Below are positions 33,724 to 42,827 of a DNA stretch of 64,000 bases, in pieces. Made by a program: the position numbers and the translations under genes. The notes below the pieces were generated by a model. It worked only from the letters and a program-made list of their open reading frames with translations, did no database searches and was not told the origin of the DNA. The first letter of the stretch is position 1; every line of letters starts with the position of its first letter. Source of the stretch: a virus; the IMG/VR virus record IMGVR_UViG_3300004481_000388, positions 1 through 64,000 of that record; one strand, 5' to 3'.

Positions 33724-36120
33724 TTTTCACGTCCCACTAGCCTCCACTCCCCACCTACCTACCTTATGTACTCATTCAAATTACTAGAATCGCAACTCTC
33801 CCACTTAAAAGCGTCGTACCACTCTAAAGGCGTAAAGGACTGGAACGTAACCTTCTACTCCCCATCGTATGTACGTGACGCCACTACTCATCTCGAAACG
33901 CTATATGATCGTGAAAAAGGGTGTCAACTACGCCCTCTAACCCCTGATGAACGGGCGTTTGTGGATAATGAACGCCTCCTATCCCGCCTCTATTACCCAT
34001 ACTTTGCCGAACGTTATTGGCACATAGCAGGGACACAGAAGTTCCCTTCCCTCTACCAGCCGAACAAGACGCAGAAGGTAATGAATGCTGTGAGAGCGGA
34101 GATGGAGGAGAAGAGTCAGGCGATAATGATTCAACAGTTGAAGCTACGGCAATTGGGGAGTTCGACGGATACAGAGGCGTGTATAGGGCATAGAAAGGTG
34201 TTTTATGGGGGGTGTGATGCGTTAGTGGCGTCTAGTGACCCGAAGAAGACGAGAAAGTTAGCTGATGAGATGATAAAGGTAGGGTTGAATTGTCTCCCGT
34301 GGTGGATGTTTTTGTGGGAGAAAGACATACGAGAGAGGGGAGAGTTTAATGGGAGGTCTAATGAGTTAGGGATAGTGGGGACGAAGGAGTATGCCAGTGA
34401 TGAACCGTGGATTGTTACGCCGGGGGAGAGAATAGATAGTAAGATCACGCTGCAACACGGGGCGATGATGACGGGTATATCTCGCGGCTCGACTCCTAAC
34501 CCCATCCACTTAACCGAACTCCCCGACTTTGCCAACCCAAGTAGTATCGTCGAAGGTAGTATGTTCAACGCCATACACGAGGACGAGTTCACCTTCGTTA
34601 TCCTTGAGAGTACAGCCGCGATGGCAGGGGACTGGTGGCACGGGTTTTGGAATACGAACGTGGACTTGTGGCCTGATGGGAAGAGTCGTTGGAGGCCGTT
34701 ATTTCTCCCGTGGTATTTGGGGACGGATATATGGCCTACTCCGTTTTGGGTAGAACAGAGAAGGGATATATTAGACAGGTACACGCCCAATGAGAAGACG
34801 ATAGCTCATGCGGAGAGGGCAAGGGTGTACGTGCATAACGACCCACTATTACGTTCGGTGTTGGGGAGTAGGTGGGAGATGCCCAAGGAACAGATGATGT
34901 ATTGGGAGTTCTCAAGGGAGATGGCTATTAAGCAGAACACGGTGAAGGACTGGTTACAGGAGGTAGGGGCGGCTGATCCTGACGAGTGCTTTCAGACAGG
35001 GGGGATGGGGATATTTCCGTATGAGCTTATCACGGATTATAAGAGTAAGAGGCGGGAGGGGATGGAGGTGTTTGTGGTGCAGGGGGAGGACATTCCCGAA
35101 CGCCTCTCATACGTACCCAAAGATATGCGTGAGGGAGGGGAGGAGAAGTCACGACGTATAGTTCGCATCACTCATGCGCATAGTAAGGGTGAGTTCACTA
35201 CGACCCTCATCCCCCTACGTATAGATTCGCCGGATAATATCTCGCCTAATGGGAAGTTGCTTGTGTGGGAGAGGCCACAGGAGGGAGCGAGGTATATCGT
35301 GTCGTACGATGACGCTAAGGGGGTAGAGAAGGATAACGTAGCGATAGAGGTTATTCGAGAGGCCACACTTTATACGAAAGCCGAACAGGTAGCTGAGTGG
35401 GCGGCGAATAACTACTCAGCGTACGATGCGTGGCCTATCCTCCTAACCCTACTCCTATGGTACGGATCACACGCGAAAGATGAGAAGGACAAACCCCTAG
35501 CTGTTGTGGAGTTAGCGTGCCAAGGGGCGATAGTGCAACGTAACATTCAAGAGCGTGGGTGGAAACGCCTGTTTAAGCGCCTAGGGATGAGTCAGGGAAA
35601 GACGACGTTCTTGGGGCTGGGATGGGAGACGACGCCACATAACCGGGAGATTATGATGGCAACACTAGAGAAGTGTGTGTTGGATGAGTGGGTGCAGGTT
35701 AACTCGAAGTGGCTAGTGAGTGAGTTGGATACGCTAGAGAGGAGAAAGGGGGATGGGAAGGTTCAAGCACGCCCTAATGCTCACGACGATAGGGCTATGG
35801 CGTTTACTATTGCCGTCAGTGCCTCCCTCTCCTCTATAGCCCCCCTCTCGTCAAAAACGCAAGGGGAGAAGTATGAGCAGATGCAACGCGCCAAGTTACG
35901 ACGAAAAGACCCCACGAACGAGGACGCAGAGAGAGAGGCTATACTTACGCACTTCACGCCAGGGAGGAGGATAGAGTTGCCAAGCTACTCATCTCCCCCT
36001 ATAATGGCACCCGTAGATAGGGGGAAGAGGGGAGTGAGGGTGAGTGTTGAGGATTATTTACAACAACTCCCCACGAGAACAGGTAAAGGGAGTGGGGAAA
36101 AGGGAGAGAGTAATTTATGA
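33718..36120 (+). CDS. terL: terminase large subunit
   Basis: 800 aa. T4-type Walker A-like LRQLGSST, Walker B-like FVILES, nuclease-domain acidic residues IVSYDDAKG and HDDRAMAFTIAV. The first in-frame ATG is at 33766. Confidence 0.7.
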   Translation: MTFSRPTSLHSPPTYLMYSFKLLESQLSHLKASYHSKGVKDWNVTFYSPSYVRDATTHLETLYDREKGCQLRPLTPDERAFVDNERLLSRLYYPYFAERYWHIAGTQKFPSLYQPNKTQKVMNAVRAEMEEKSQAIMIQQLKLRQLGSSTDTEACIGHRKVFYGGCDALVASSDPKKTRKLADEMIKVGLNCLPWWMFLWEKDIRERGEFNGRSNELGIVGTKEYASDEPWIVTPGERIDSKITLQHGAMMTGISRGSTPNPIHLTELPDFANPSSIVEGSMFNAIHEDEFTFVILESTAAMAGDWWHGFWNTNVDLWPDGKSRWRPLFLPWYLGTDIWPTPFWVEQRRDILDRYTPNEKTIAHAERARVYVHNDPLLRSVLGSRWEMPKEQMMYWEFSREMAIKQNTVKDWLQEVGAADPDECFQTGGMGIFPYELITDYKSKRREGMEVFVVQGEDIPERLSYVPKDMREGGEEKSRRIVRITHAHSKGEFTTTLIPLRIDSPDNISPNGKLLVWERPQEGARYIVSYDDAKGVEKDNVAIEVIREATLYTKAEQVAEWAANNYSAYDAWPILLTLLLWYGSHAKDEKDKPLAVVELACQGAIVQRNIQERGWKRLFKRLGMSQGKTTFLGLGWETTPHNREIMMATLEKCVLDEWVQVNSKWLVSELDTLERRKGDGKVQARPNAHDDRAMAFTIAVSASLSSIAPLSSKTQGEKYEQMQRAKLRRKDPTNEDAEREAILTHFTPGRRIELPSYSSPPIMAPVDRGKRGVRVSVEDYLQQLPTRTGKGSGEKGESNL

Positions 36121-36323
36121 TTAACGCTGAGAGAGGGGATTGGTTAGAGCTAAGCATAGGACACCAACACTTCACAACAGAGATACTTGAGGTAGAAATC
36201 TGTAAGTATGGGAAGATATTCAAACTCAGACAAATTGCGTATGAGATAGATGCTTGGGTTACTGAAGCATTCTTAGACGCATTGTTTGGGGTAAAGATTA
36301 GAAAAGGTAGACTTGACGAGTAA
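36117..36323 (+). CDS. hypothetical protein
   Basis: 68-aa ORF with ATGA overlap with the terL stop. Confidence 0.5.
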   Translation: MINAERGDWLELSIGHQHFTTEILEVEICKYGKIFKLRQIAYEIDAWVTEAFLDALFGVKIRKGRLDE

Positions 36324-36326
36324 TCT

Positions 36327-37046
36327 ATGAAACCAACAAGACGCATCACACAAGCCGAACTACAAGAACGTTACTCTTCCCTCGCGCCTAAACCTATGCG
36401 CTCCTACGAGGAGAGGCAGGAGCATTGGCGCGAGGAAGTGGGGAGGATATGGAATAGAGACACCACCAATGACACCACCAATGACACCACCAATGACCAA
36501 GAGGAGAATGTAAACCAAGTTGACACCCCCACTACTTGCGACTCCTGTGGCGCTACCCTCGTGCGTGGCTCCTACCCCTACTGCCAAGGTTCTCCTGAAG
36601 ACCATACCACACGTCGTTCCCGATGGGCAGCACAGGTAAAGACGATCATCTACACCAACGCTCAAGGGCAGGTCTACTTCCCCACCTCCGCCGACGACGT
36701 TCCCCACGGCAACTACGAGCGCCACGAACTCACCTCTCTCCAACAAGTAGACGCCCTCTCCACTCGCATAGGTATGCACGAGAAGGACAAATACCTAGCC
36801 TCACAGGAACTCGAAAAGCTACAATTCGATAGTGCGATGAAACGTAACATGAAGGAGTTACGAGAGGGGTTCTTTACGGAAGACGCCGAAGGGAATAGGG
36901 TGTATATCGAACCACTCCACCACCAACCACAGTACGTACAAGACGCCGTGAGACAGGCGTATGAGAGGGAGAAGGATTTCTCGTATAACAGGAATTACGA
37001 ACCCATGACGGTACTAAAGGCGGCTCATTGGGATAATGTAAAATAA
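36327..37046 (+). CDS. hypothetical protein with a TTND x3 repeat and an in-frame repeat variant
   Basis: 239 aa. 3x12-nt repeat at 36459..36494. Contains ENVNQVDTPT. CDSCG...YCQG. Confidence 0.6.
   Translation: MKPTRRITQAELQERYSSLAPKPMRSYEERQEHWREEVGRIWNRDTTNDTTNDTTNDQEENVNQVDTPTTCDSCGATLVRGSYPYCQGSPEDHTTRRSRWAAQVKTIIYTNAQGQVYFPTSADDVPHGNYERHELTSLQQVDALSTRIGMHEKDKYLASQELEKLQFDSAMKRNMKELREGFFTEDAEGNRVYIEPLHHQPQYVQDAVRQAYEREKDFSYNRNYEPMTVLKAAHWDNVK
36509..36525 (+). repeat. 17-bp phage repeat, type A variant, inside a CDS
   Basis: TGTAAACCAAGTTGACA. Confidence 0.85.
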
Positions 37047-37052
37047 CATATC

Positions 37053-37069
37053 TGTAAACTTAGTTGACA
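37053..37069 (+). repeat. 17-bp phage repeat, type A copy
   Basis: TGTAAACTTAGTTGACA followed by TAT, 40 nt before ATG 37110. Confidence 0.9.
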
Positions 37070-37109
37070 TATCTCTCTAATCCCTAGCCCCTAAGGAACA
37101 TCACAACTC

Positions 37110-39341
37110 ATGTACTCCATCTACTCGGATCACACTCTCCCTCTAGCCTTACGTAACTGCTTCACGCCTCCAAGTAACGAGCAGGAGACTACTATTCTCA
37201 AATGGCTACGTGAAATGAGGATTAACTACTTGAAGAGTATTGAGGACTCTCCTAACTATAGAAAGTATCAGGAGGCCATGTCACTACTTGCGGGGAAAAG
37301 GGAAGCAGATGATAGGCAGAACCAGAAGCAAGAGGGGGATGGGGAGACAGCGGGGGATATGTCCCCCCTTAGGTTCGAGGCTACAAAGCGAAATATGTTA
37401 GAGATGGTGGCTACATTATCGGACGTAAACCCCGAAGCCTCGTTTTCTACCGAAGACGAATCCTACAAGCCACAGGTGAAGATACTTGATGGGTATTATG
37501 ATGGTTCGTGGAACCACCCTGACACCCGTATTCGTAAGGTGATGTGTGAGCTTATGACATACGCGATATGTAGTGAGGCGTATCTAGAAACGGTGTGGGA
37601 GAGTGACCCTTTTCGGCGTAAACTCCCAGGGCTGAAGTATAACGCGTATAGTATTGAGGAGGTTTATTTCTCAGAGGTGCCGAAGGGAAAGGATATACAG
37701 CAGATACATTGCACGACTATACGACGAGAGGTGCCACTCACTATCGCGTGTATGCTCTACCCCAAGCACGCTTCTCATTTCGTCGTGGATAATACTAAGC
37801 CGTCGTGGATTCGACGTGCCATTGCGGGGGCCCAGAAGTATACGTCGTGGGCACTCCAAGCGTCGTTTGAGGATGAACAAAGGCGTGGGGAGATGAGCCC
37901 CCTATCTACGAAGAGTGGCACAGTGAATATATACTATTCGTATGTGTTAGATATTTCGTATAACAACACAGGCAAGGTGGTAACGATGGGGAGGGGGACG
38001 CCAGGGGAGTATGACGTACCATTCGAGGGGCAGGAGTTAGATACAGGACTGGTAGACCCTACTACACGTACTCCCATAACACGCAAAGCTGACTGTAGTG
38101 ACGCGATGCTATACCCCTACCGTCGTCTCATCATCCACACCGACAAACACATCATATCAGATGGGCCTTCTCCTTGGGCGCACGGCATGACTCCTCTTAC
38201 CCGTCTCGCTCTAGAGGATTGGCCTGTTGACTCTCTAGGGAATTGTACTGCGCTAGAGGGACGTGGACTGGATGACTCCATTGAACGCCTTTATCGTGCT
38301 TTTGAGGACACTATTCTCAACCGCTTATCTCCTAATCTCGAACTCCCTGAAGACTGGGGCGATGACACCATTCGCGCCTTTAACCCCCGCGCCCGTGGGA
38401 AACACATGAAGTCTTCTGGAATAGCAGCGGGGAAGCCTACTCCTATCCTCCCGTATCAATTATACGAGTTACGCCAATATGACTTAGAAGTAGTGAGGAT
38501 GATGAAGGAGGAGCGTGATTTTGTGCAAGGGAAGCCACAGATGCAGGCACTAGCACAAGCTGCTCAAATCCCCTCTACCAAGACGTTCGAGCAGTTTCTC
38601 CAACTAGCAGGCCCATACACTACCCACATCTCCAAGAACGTAGAGGATAGTATACAAGAGAGTGGGATGATGTCGGCGTATCTCATATTCCAATACGCTA
38701 CTGCTAAGAGACGGTTTGACGTGTTAGGGAAGAAGGGGCTCACACAACAGGACTTCTACTACGATCCTAGCATGTTAGAACCCCCCAAAGTCCCATCCCC
38801 CAATGCCCCCTCTCACATGTCCATCTTTCCCACTACCACGATTCAACGCGCTTCGGAGCACGCCAAACGGTTTTACTTCCGTGTGCGTACAGGTTCGGCT
38901 TATAAGTTAACGGACAAGTCTCGCCAACTCCTGATCCTTAACCTCTCTCGTGATCCCCGCTTCCCCATGTCCCCGTGGTTTCTAGCTCGTGCTATGGACA
39001 TAGACCTAGGGGGTGAGCCTAACCTCCCGAATGACTACGAAAAGTACCTCTATCATCTAAAACGTATGAGTGAGTTCCAGGCGCTTATTCAAGCACAAGC
39101 GGCGATGATTCAGGCACAGACGCAGATGGAGATTCAGGAGCAGATGCAGGCGAGACAGGCGATGAATATGATGAGTGGGTTAGGGATGATGGGGGCTATG
39201 GAAGGGGAAGGGGAGCAACCACCCTACCCCCCACCTCCACAAGACCCGACGCAACGAGTAGGTAGACCATCCTCTTACCAAGATAATCCACGACTTGAGG
39301 AGAAAGATGGTGGGGGTAGGACTACGGTGAGTACGTCATAA
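37110..39341 (+). CDS. portal protein (candidate)
   Basis: 743 aa. Sits after the terminase module and before scaffold and capsid. Q/M-rich C-terminal tail. Confidence 0.55.
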   Translation: MYSIYSDHTLPLALRNCFTPPSNEQETTILKWLREMRINYLKSIEDSPNYRKYQEAMSLLAGKREADDRQNQKQEGDGETAGDMSPLRFEATKRNMLEMVATLSDVNPEASFSTEDESYKPQVKILDGYYDGSWNHPDTRIRKVMCELMTYAICSEAYLETVWESDPFRRKLPGLKYNAYSIEEVYFSEVPKGKDIQQIHCTTIRREVPLTIACMLYPKHASHFVVDNTKPSWIRRAIAGAQKYTSWALQASFEDEQRRGEMSPLSTKSGTVNIYYSYVLDISYNNTGKVVTMGRGTPGEYDVPFEGQELDTGLVDPTTRTPITRKADCSDAMLYPYRRLIIHTDKHIISDGPSPWAHGMTPLTRLALEDWPVDSLGNCTALEGRGLDDSIERLYRAFEDTILNRLSPNLELPEDWGDDTIRAFNPRARGKHMKSSGIAAGKPTPILPYQLYELRQYDLEVVRMMKEERDFVQGKPQMQALAQAAQIPSTKTFEQFLQLAGPYTTHISKNVEDSIQESGMMSAYLIFQYATAKRRFDVLGKKGLTQQDFYYDPSMLEPPKVPSPNAPSHMSIFPTTTIQRASEHAKRFYFRVRTGSAYKLTDKSRQLLILNLSRDPRFPMSPWFLARAMDIDLGGEPNLPNDYEKYLYHLKRMSEFQALIQAQAAMIQAQTQMEIQEQMQARQAMNMMSGLGMMGAMEGEGEQPPYPPPPQDPTQRVGRPSSYQDNPRLEEKDGGGRTTVSTS

Positions 39342-39367
39342 CCCACAATAGGCAGTGGTGCGGGGAA

Positions 39368-39386
39368 TGTACCACCTTAGTTGACA
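39368..39386 (+). repeat. 17-bp phage repeat variant with a divergent left half
   Basis: TGTACCACCTTAGTTGACA. Its TTGACA is followed at 18 nt by TCTAAT. Confidence 0.7.
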
Positions 39387-39417
39387 CATCCCCACTCCCT
39401 ATGCTCTAATCCCCCAC

Positions 39418-39499
39418 GGGGAAGCGTTGTTGTTATTGCCGTAGTTTTAGTTGGGTTGTTCAGCGACAATAATACATAGGTCACAACGCTTCTCCTTTT
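39418..39499 (+). terminator. long imperfect hairpin followed by TTTT (terminator, attenuator or small RNA)
   Basis: GGGGAAGCGTTGT ... ACAACGCTTCTCC with an inner stem TTATTG/CAATAA, then TTTTAG. Confidence 0.4.
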
Positions 39500-39508
39500 A
39501 GTAACCCT

Positions 39509-39856
39509 TTGACCTCCAATAAGCACGATGACACAACACGACGAAACGAGAAAAGTATGACACCTTACACTACCCCTCCTCCTCCAATGCCCCCCAAACG
39601 TGGCACCTACTCCCAAAGTACGCCACTCGAACAGGACGCACAAGAAGAGGACGAACTTGCTCTAGGTGTTTCCCGTATCATGAACGCGACTACTTCAGTG
39701 GGTGAGATGGCGGCATCTCTAGCCTCCCTAACCCCTGGAATAGACATATCGAACGAGGTACAGGGCATACTACAACTCGTACAGTCAATAAACGCGAAAG
39801 TCGTAACCCAAGCACCGGAGATGAATGCCAACCCATCGTACCCCTACCAAGGCTAG
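39509..39856 (+). CDS. hypothetical protein
   Basis: 115-aa ORF. Confidence 0.55.
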   Translation: MTSNKHDDTTRRNEKSMTPYTTPPPPMPPKRGTYSQSTPLEQDAQEEDELALGVSRIMNATTSVGEMAASLASLTPGIDISNEVQGILQLVQSINAKVVTQAPEMNANPSYPYQG

Positions 39857-39858
39857 TG

Positions 39859-40164
39859 ATGTTTCCTTTTTATACTACAACGAACACGTTTAATCGTCCT
39901 ACTCTTGGATCATGTACGCTGGAAGCGCGAGTTTCTAATGACTCGATTTTCTTACACATCAACGATCAATTGCCAACCCCCTTATACCCATTCCTTAGCG
40001 AACCTCCTAAAGTAAACTTAGTTGACGTTTGGGAGAAGCTATATGTTGAGGGGAAGCAAGAAAGGAAAAGGCTGGAATATGCCCAAGTTATCGGTAAAGC
40101 GTGCTTCTCTACTCTCACAGGTAAAAGAGAAGGCAGGAGCACGGGCGAAGAAGGAAGACGTTGA
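39859..40164 (+). CDS. hypothetical protein reading through a repeat copy and overlapping the scaffold gene
   Basis: Part of ORF 39856..40164. Contains KVNLVDVWE. Its 3' part overlaps 40022..41254 in another frame. Confidence 0.35.
   Translation: MFPFYTTTNTFNRPTLGSCTLEARVSNDSIFLHINDQLPTPLYPFLSEPPKVNLVDVWEKLYVEGKQERKRLEYAQVIGKACFSTLTGKREGRSTGEEGRR
40011..40027 (+). repeat. 17-bp phage repeat, type A copy
   Basis: AGTAAACTTAGTTGACG. Confidence 0.85.
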
Positions 40165-41254
40165 AGCGTTTGAACGTCTCCTAAGTGAAGACTCCTCTAT
40201 TGGTGACTTTCTTCAGCAACTAATGATGACCACTCCTGACTATACGAAAAGGATGGCACAGGTTGGTGAGCAAATGAAGGCGCTGGAAAAAAGGGAGTCA
40301 GAGTTAGAGTCTTGGAAGGAAAAGACAGAGGCACACTATAACAAGTCCCTCTCATCCTTACAGCAAGTAATCAATACTCACTTAACCACGCTAGAAGCGG
40401 TGAAGAAAAAGGCGTTGACTGAGGGAGGGGCATCAGTGGAAGAGTTGACCGTCCCGGCACAGTTATTGGCTTTTGCTGCTATGCCGATAGACTCCTCAAG
40501 TTCCCTGGGCGAGGGGGGTAAGGGTGGTGAAGGTGGTAGTGGTAAGGAATCTTCCAAGTCTCAATCTCAAGCGCCACAGTCACAAGCTCCACAGTCACAA
40601 GAGAAACAAACGCAAAAAATAGGGGATATGGGAAATAACGAAATAACCGAACAAACCGTACTAAACGCTGCTATTAGTGGCTTTGGTGCTATGTATGACC
40701 TCGAACGTATGCACAGGAAGTTATTCGCGGGGACTGAGCATGAGGACGTGAATTTCTCTGACATCGTGTCTCAAGCACAACAAGAGGGGGTTAGTGTTGC
40801 TGATATATATAACCGCCTCTACAACCCTCAGGCACGCAAAGCCGAACTAGACTCCATAGAACTAGAAAAGGCCATAGAAGCGCGTGCGGAAAAACTCTAT
40901 CAAGAACGTATTTCCAAACACGACCCGTTAACAGGGCAAGGTGGGTTTAATGATTTCACCTCTCTTCTCAATCGTGCTAGTGGAGGGATCAATATGGAAT
41001 CCGTGGCACTAAAGAATAGTGGGTTAGGGAGTACGGTTGTAGGTTCTCAGACTAATTCTCAGACTAACGGGCAGAACGGACAAGGGAGTGGAGAGCAAGT
41101 CACCCACAATATCAACCCATACGGCAACCACGTATTCATTCCCCCCTCTCTTGCTGGGGCTAAAGGACACAATCAACGCAACGCAGAGATACAAGCAGGA
41201 GCGAATGAACTTATGGCTCAACTAGCCGCGTTAACTAACGACGGTAAGGGCTAA
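40022..41254 (+). CDS. scaffolding protein (candidate)
   Basis: 410 aa, coiled-coil and low-complexity Q/S/G-rich (SQAPQSQAPQSQ), directly upstream of the capsid gene. Likely true start is ATG 40043 or 40079. Confidence 0.5.
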   Translation: MTFGRSYMLRGSKKGKGWNMPKLSVKRASLLSQVKEKAGARAKKEDVEAFERLLSEDSSIGDFLQQLMMTTPDYTKRMAQVGEQMKALEKRESELESWKEKTEAHYNKSLSSLQQVINTHLTTLEAVKKKALTEGGASVEELTVPAQLLAFAAMPIDSSSSLGEGGKGGEGGSGKESSKSQSQAPQSQAPQSQEKQTQKIGDMGNNEITEQTVLNAAISGFGAMYDLERMHRKLFAGTEHEDVNFSDIVSQAQQEGVSVADIYNRLYNPQARKAELDSIELEKAIEARAEKLYQERISKHDPLTGQGGFNDFTSLLNRASGGINMESVALKNSGLGSTVVGSQTNSQTNGQNGQGSGEQVTHNINPYGNHVFIPPSLAGAKGHNQRNAEIQAGANELMAQLAALTNDGKG

Positions 41255-41276
41255 CCATGGCAAAGGGGGGATGTGA

Positions 41277-41292
41277 CGTAAAACTGTTGACA
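41277..41292 (+). repeat. phage repeat, degenerate type A
   Basis: CGTAAAACTGTTGACA. Its TTGACA is followed at 18 nt by TCTAAT. Confidence 0.6.
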
Positions 41293-41364
41293 CCCCCCTC
41301 TTCCCTATGGTCTAATCCCACTTTCACGAGCTTCCCCCCACCTTTGCCGGTCAACGGGGGAATT

Positions 41365-41418
41365 GGTTAGGTAAGGGGCACGAGCTAAACGGGGCTGGCT
41401 CACCCCCCTTACCTAACC
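41365..41418 (+). other. hairpin with 14-bp perfect arms in the capsid-gene leader
   Basis: GGTTAGGTAAGGGG-26 nt-CCCCTTACCTAACC. Confidence 0.85.
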
Positions 41419-41528
41419 TCCAAAATCAGCCCCCTCCTACCCCACCTTTAGTAGTCTCCAACCTCCACGCCTTCCACGTCCGAGAAGAGGCTATTTATTC
41501 CCATAAAACTATATTTATAGTCTTTTTA

Positions 41529-41547
41529 CGTAAACCTGAGTATGACA
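41529..41547 (+). repeat. 19-bp phage repeat, type B copy
   Basis: CGTAAACCTGAGTATGACA followed by CTTCC, 49 nt before ATG 41597. Confidence 0.85.
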
Positions 41548-41596
41548 CTTCCAATCTACTAGGTACGTACGAACCCTAACAGAAAAGGATCAAAAC

Positions 41597-42742
41597 ATGG
41601 ATGCAATAAATAATCTAATCTCGGCAGCATCGGCTACCACGTTGAAGGTGCTCTATCCTGGTGCTATGCGTGACTTCTACTTCCGCAACTCCCCTTGGAT
41701 GGCGAGACTACGTGCCTTTGCCACTCAAGCATGGACAGGTGGCTTGTTCCTTGAACTCCCATTTGCATATCAACCCCTTATCGGTGACGCCTATGCTAAG
41801 GGAGGGACGTTCATCACGGATAAGGTGGATGTGATCGCGTCAAATCGCTTCTTCCCTCGCTTTTACTACGTCAACCTGACCCAATTCCTTGCTGACTTAG
41901 CTGTGTTTAATCGTGGCCCCGCAGCTATCGTTGATCGTCTCTCGATTGACTCGAAAGTGGGCGTTAATACGATGAACGAAATGTTGGCGATTGACTTCTG
42001 GCGTCATGGGCAAGGCGTGAGTGGTGGTACAACAGGTAACTCCACAGACCGCTCGCTACGTACTAATGGCGTTGCTGAAGCGGTTAATAACGGTGTAGAC
42101 CCTAGTTGGACTGGTGAATACTTCCAAGTATACGGTGAAACAGATCGTCGTACTACCTCGGCTTATGGGGATTATCAGACCTCTACTCCCATCTTCTGCG
42201 GCAACAGCGATGGGTCAGTAGGCTCCCTTGACTACCTCAAGCTGGATCGTGGCTATAATAACTGCCGCATCAACGCGAAAGAACCTGACATCGGTGTGGG
42301 GAATAAGGAAGTCATTACCCTTATTGAGAACCGCGTCCAACCCATGCAGCGGTTTGAAACTGTCACCGATTTTGTCCTTGGCGTTAGTGGGTTACGCATG
42401 AAGAACGCTATCATTGTGCAGGATGATTACTGCCCCTCACTGGCTAACGGTAAGAGCAAGCCCACGGGTTCCTTCCTCACTAGCACCTTCTCCTCCCCTG
42501 CGACCGTCACAACCTCTTCACGCCTTCCTGCAAGCACAACCATCACAGTAGGAGAAACCTTCTGGTGGTTCACTACCCAGTCATGGAAAGTCACGATGCC
42601 TGATGGTATCTATGGCTTCAACTTTACGGGTTATCAACGCCCGCCTAACGCTGATGTGGTAGTGGGGCAAATTCTTCTAGCTATTACGATGTACTGCGAA
42701 GATGTACGTCTCAACCAGCAATACTATGGTATTGGCTCATAA
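41597..42742 (+). CDS. major capsid protein (candidate)
   Basis: 381 aa, follows the scaffold-like gene, SD AAAAGGA. Confidence 0.55.
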   Translation: MDAINNLISAASATTLKVLYPGAMRDFYFRNSPWMARLRAFATQAWTGGLFLELPFAYQPLIGDAYAKGGTFITDKVDVIASNRFFPRFYYVNLTQFLADLAVFNRGPAAIVDRLSIDSKVGVNTMNEMLAIDFWRHGQGVSGGTTGNSTDRSLRTNGVAEAVNNGVDPSWTGEYFQVYGETDRRTTSAYGDYQTSTPIFCGNSDGSVGSLDYLKLDRGYNNCRINAKEPDIGVGNKEVITLIENRVQPMQRFETVTDFVLGVSGLRMKNAIIVQDDYCPSLANGKSKPTGSFLTSTFSSPATVTTSSRLPASTTITVGETFWWFTTQSWKVTMPDGIYGFNFTGYQRPPNADVVVGQILLAITMYCEDVRLNQQYYGIGS

Positions 42743-42762
42743 CCCCTCCTTCTAGTGGAGTG

Positions 42763-42793
42763 AACGTAAACTTAAACGTAAACTTAGTTGGCA
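42763..42793 (+). repeat. 17-bp phage repeat, type A variant, with a duplicated left half
   Basis: AACGTAAACTTA-AACGTAAACTTA-GTTGGCA. Confidence 0.85.
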
Positions 42794-42827
42794 TTTAACA
42801 CGTAACTAATGGAAAGGATCAAACGAT

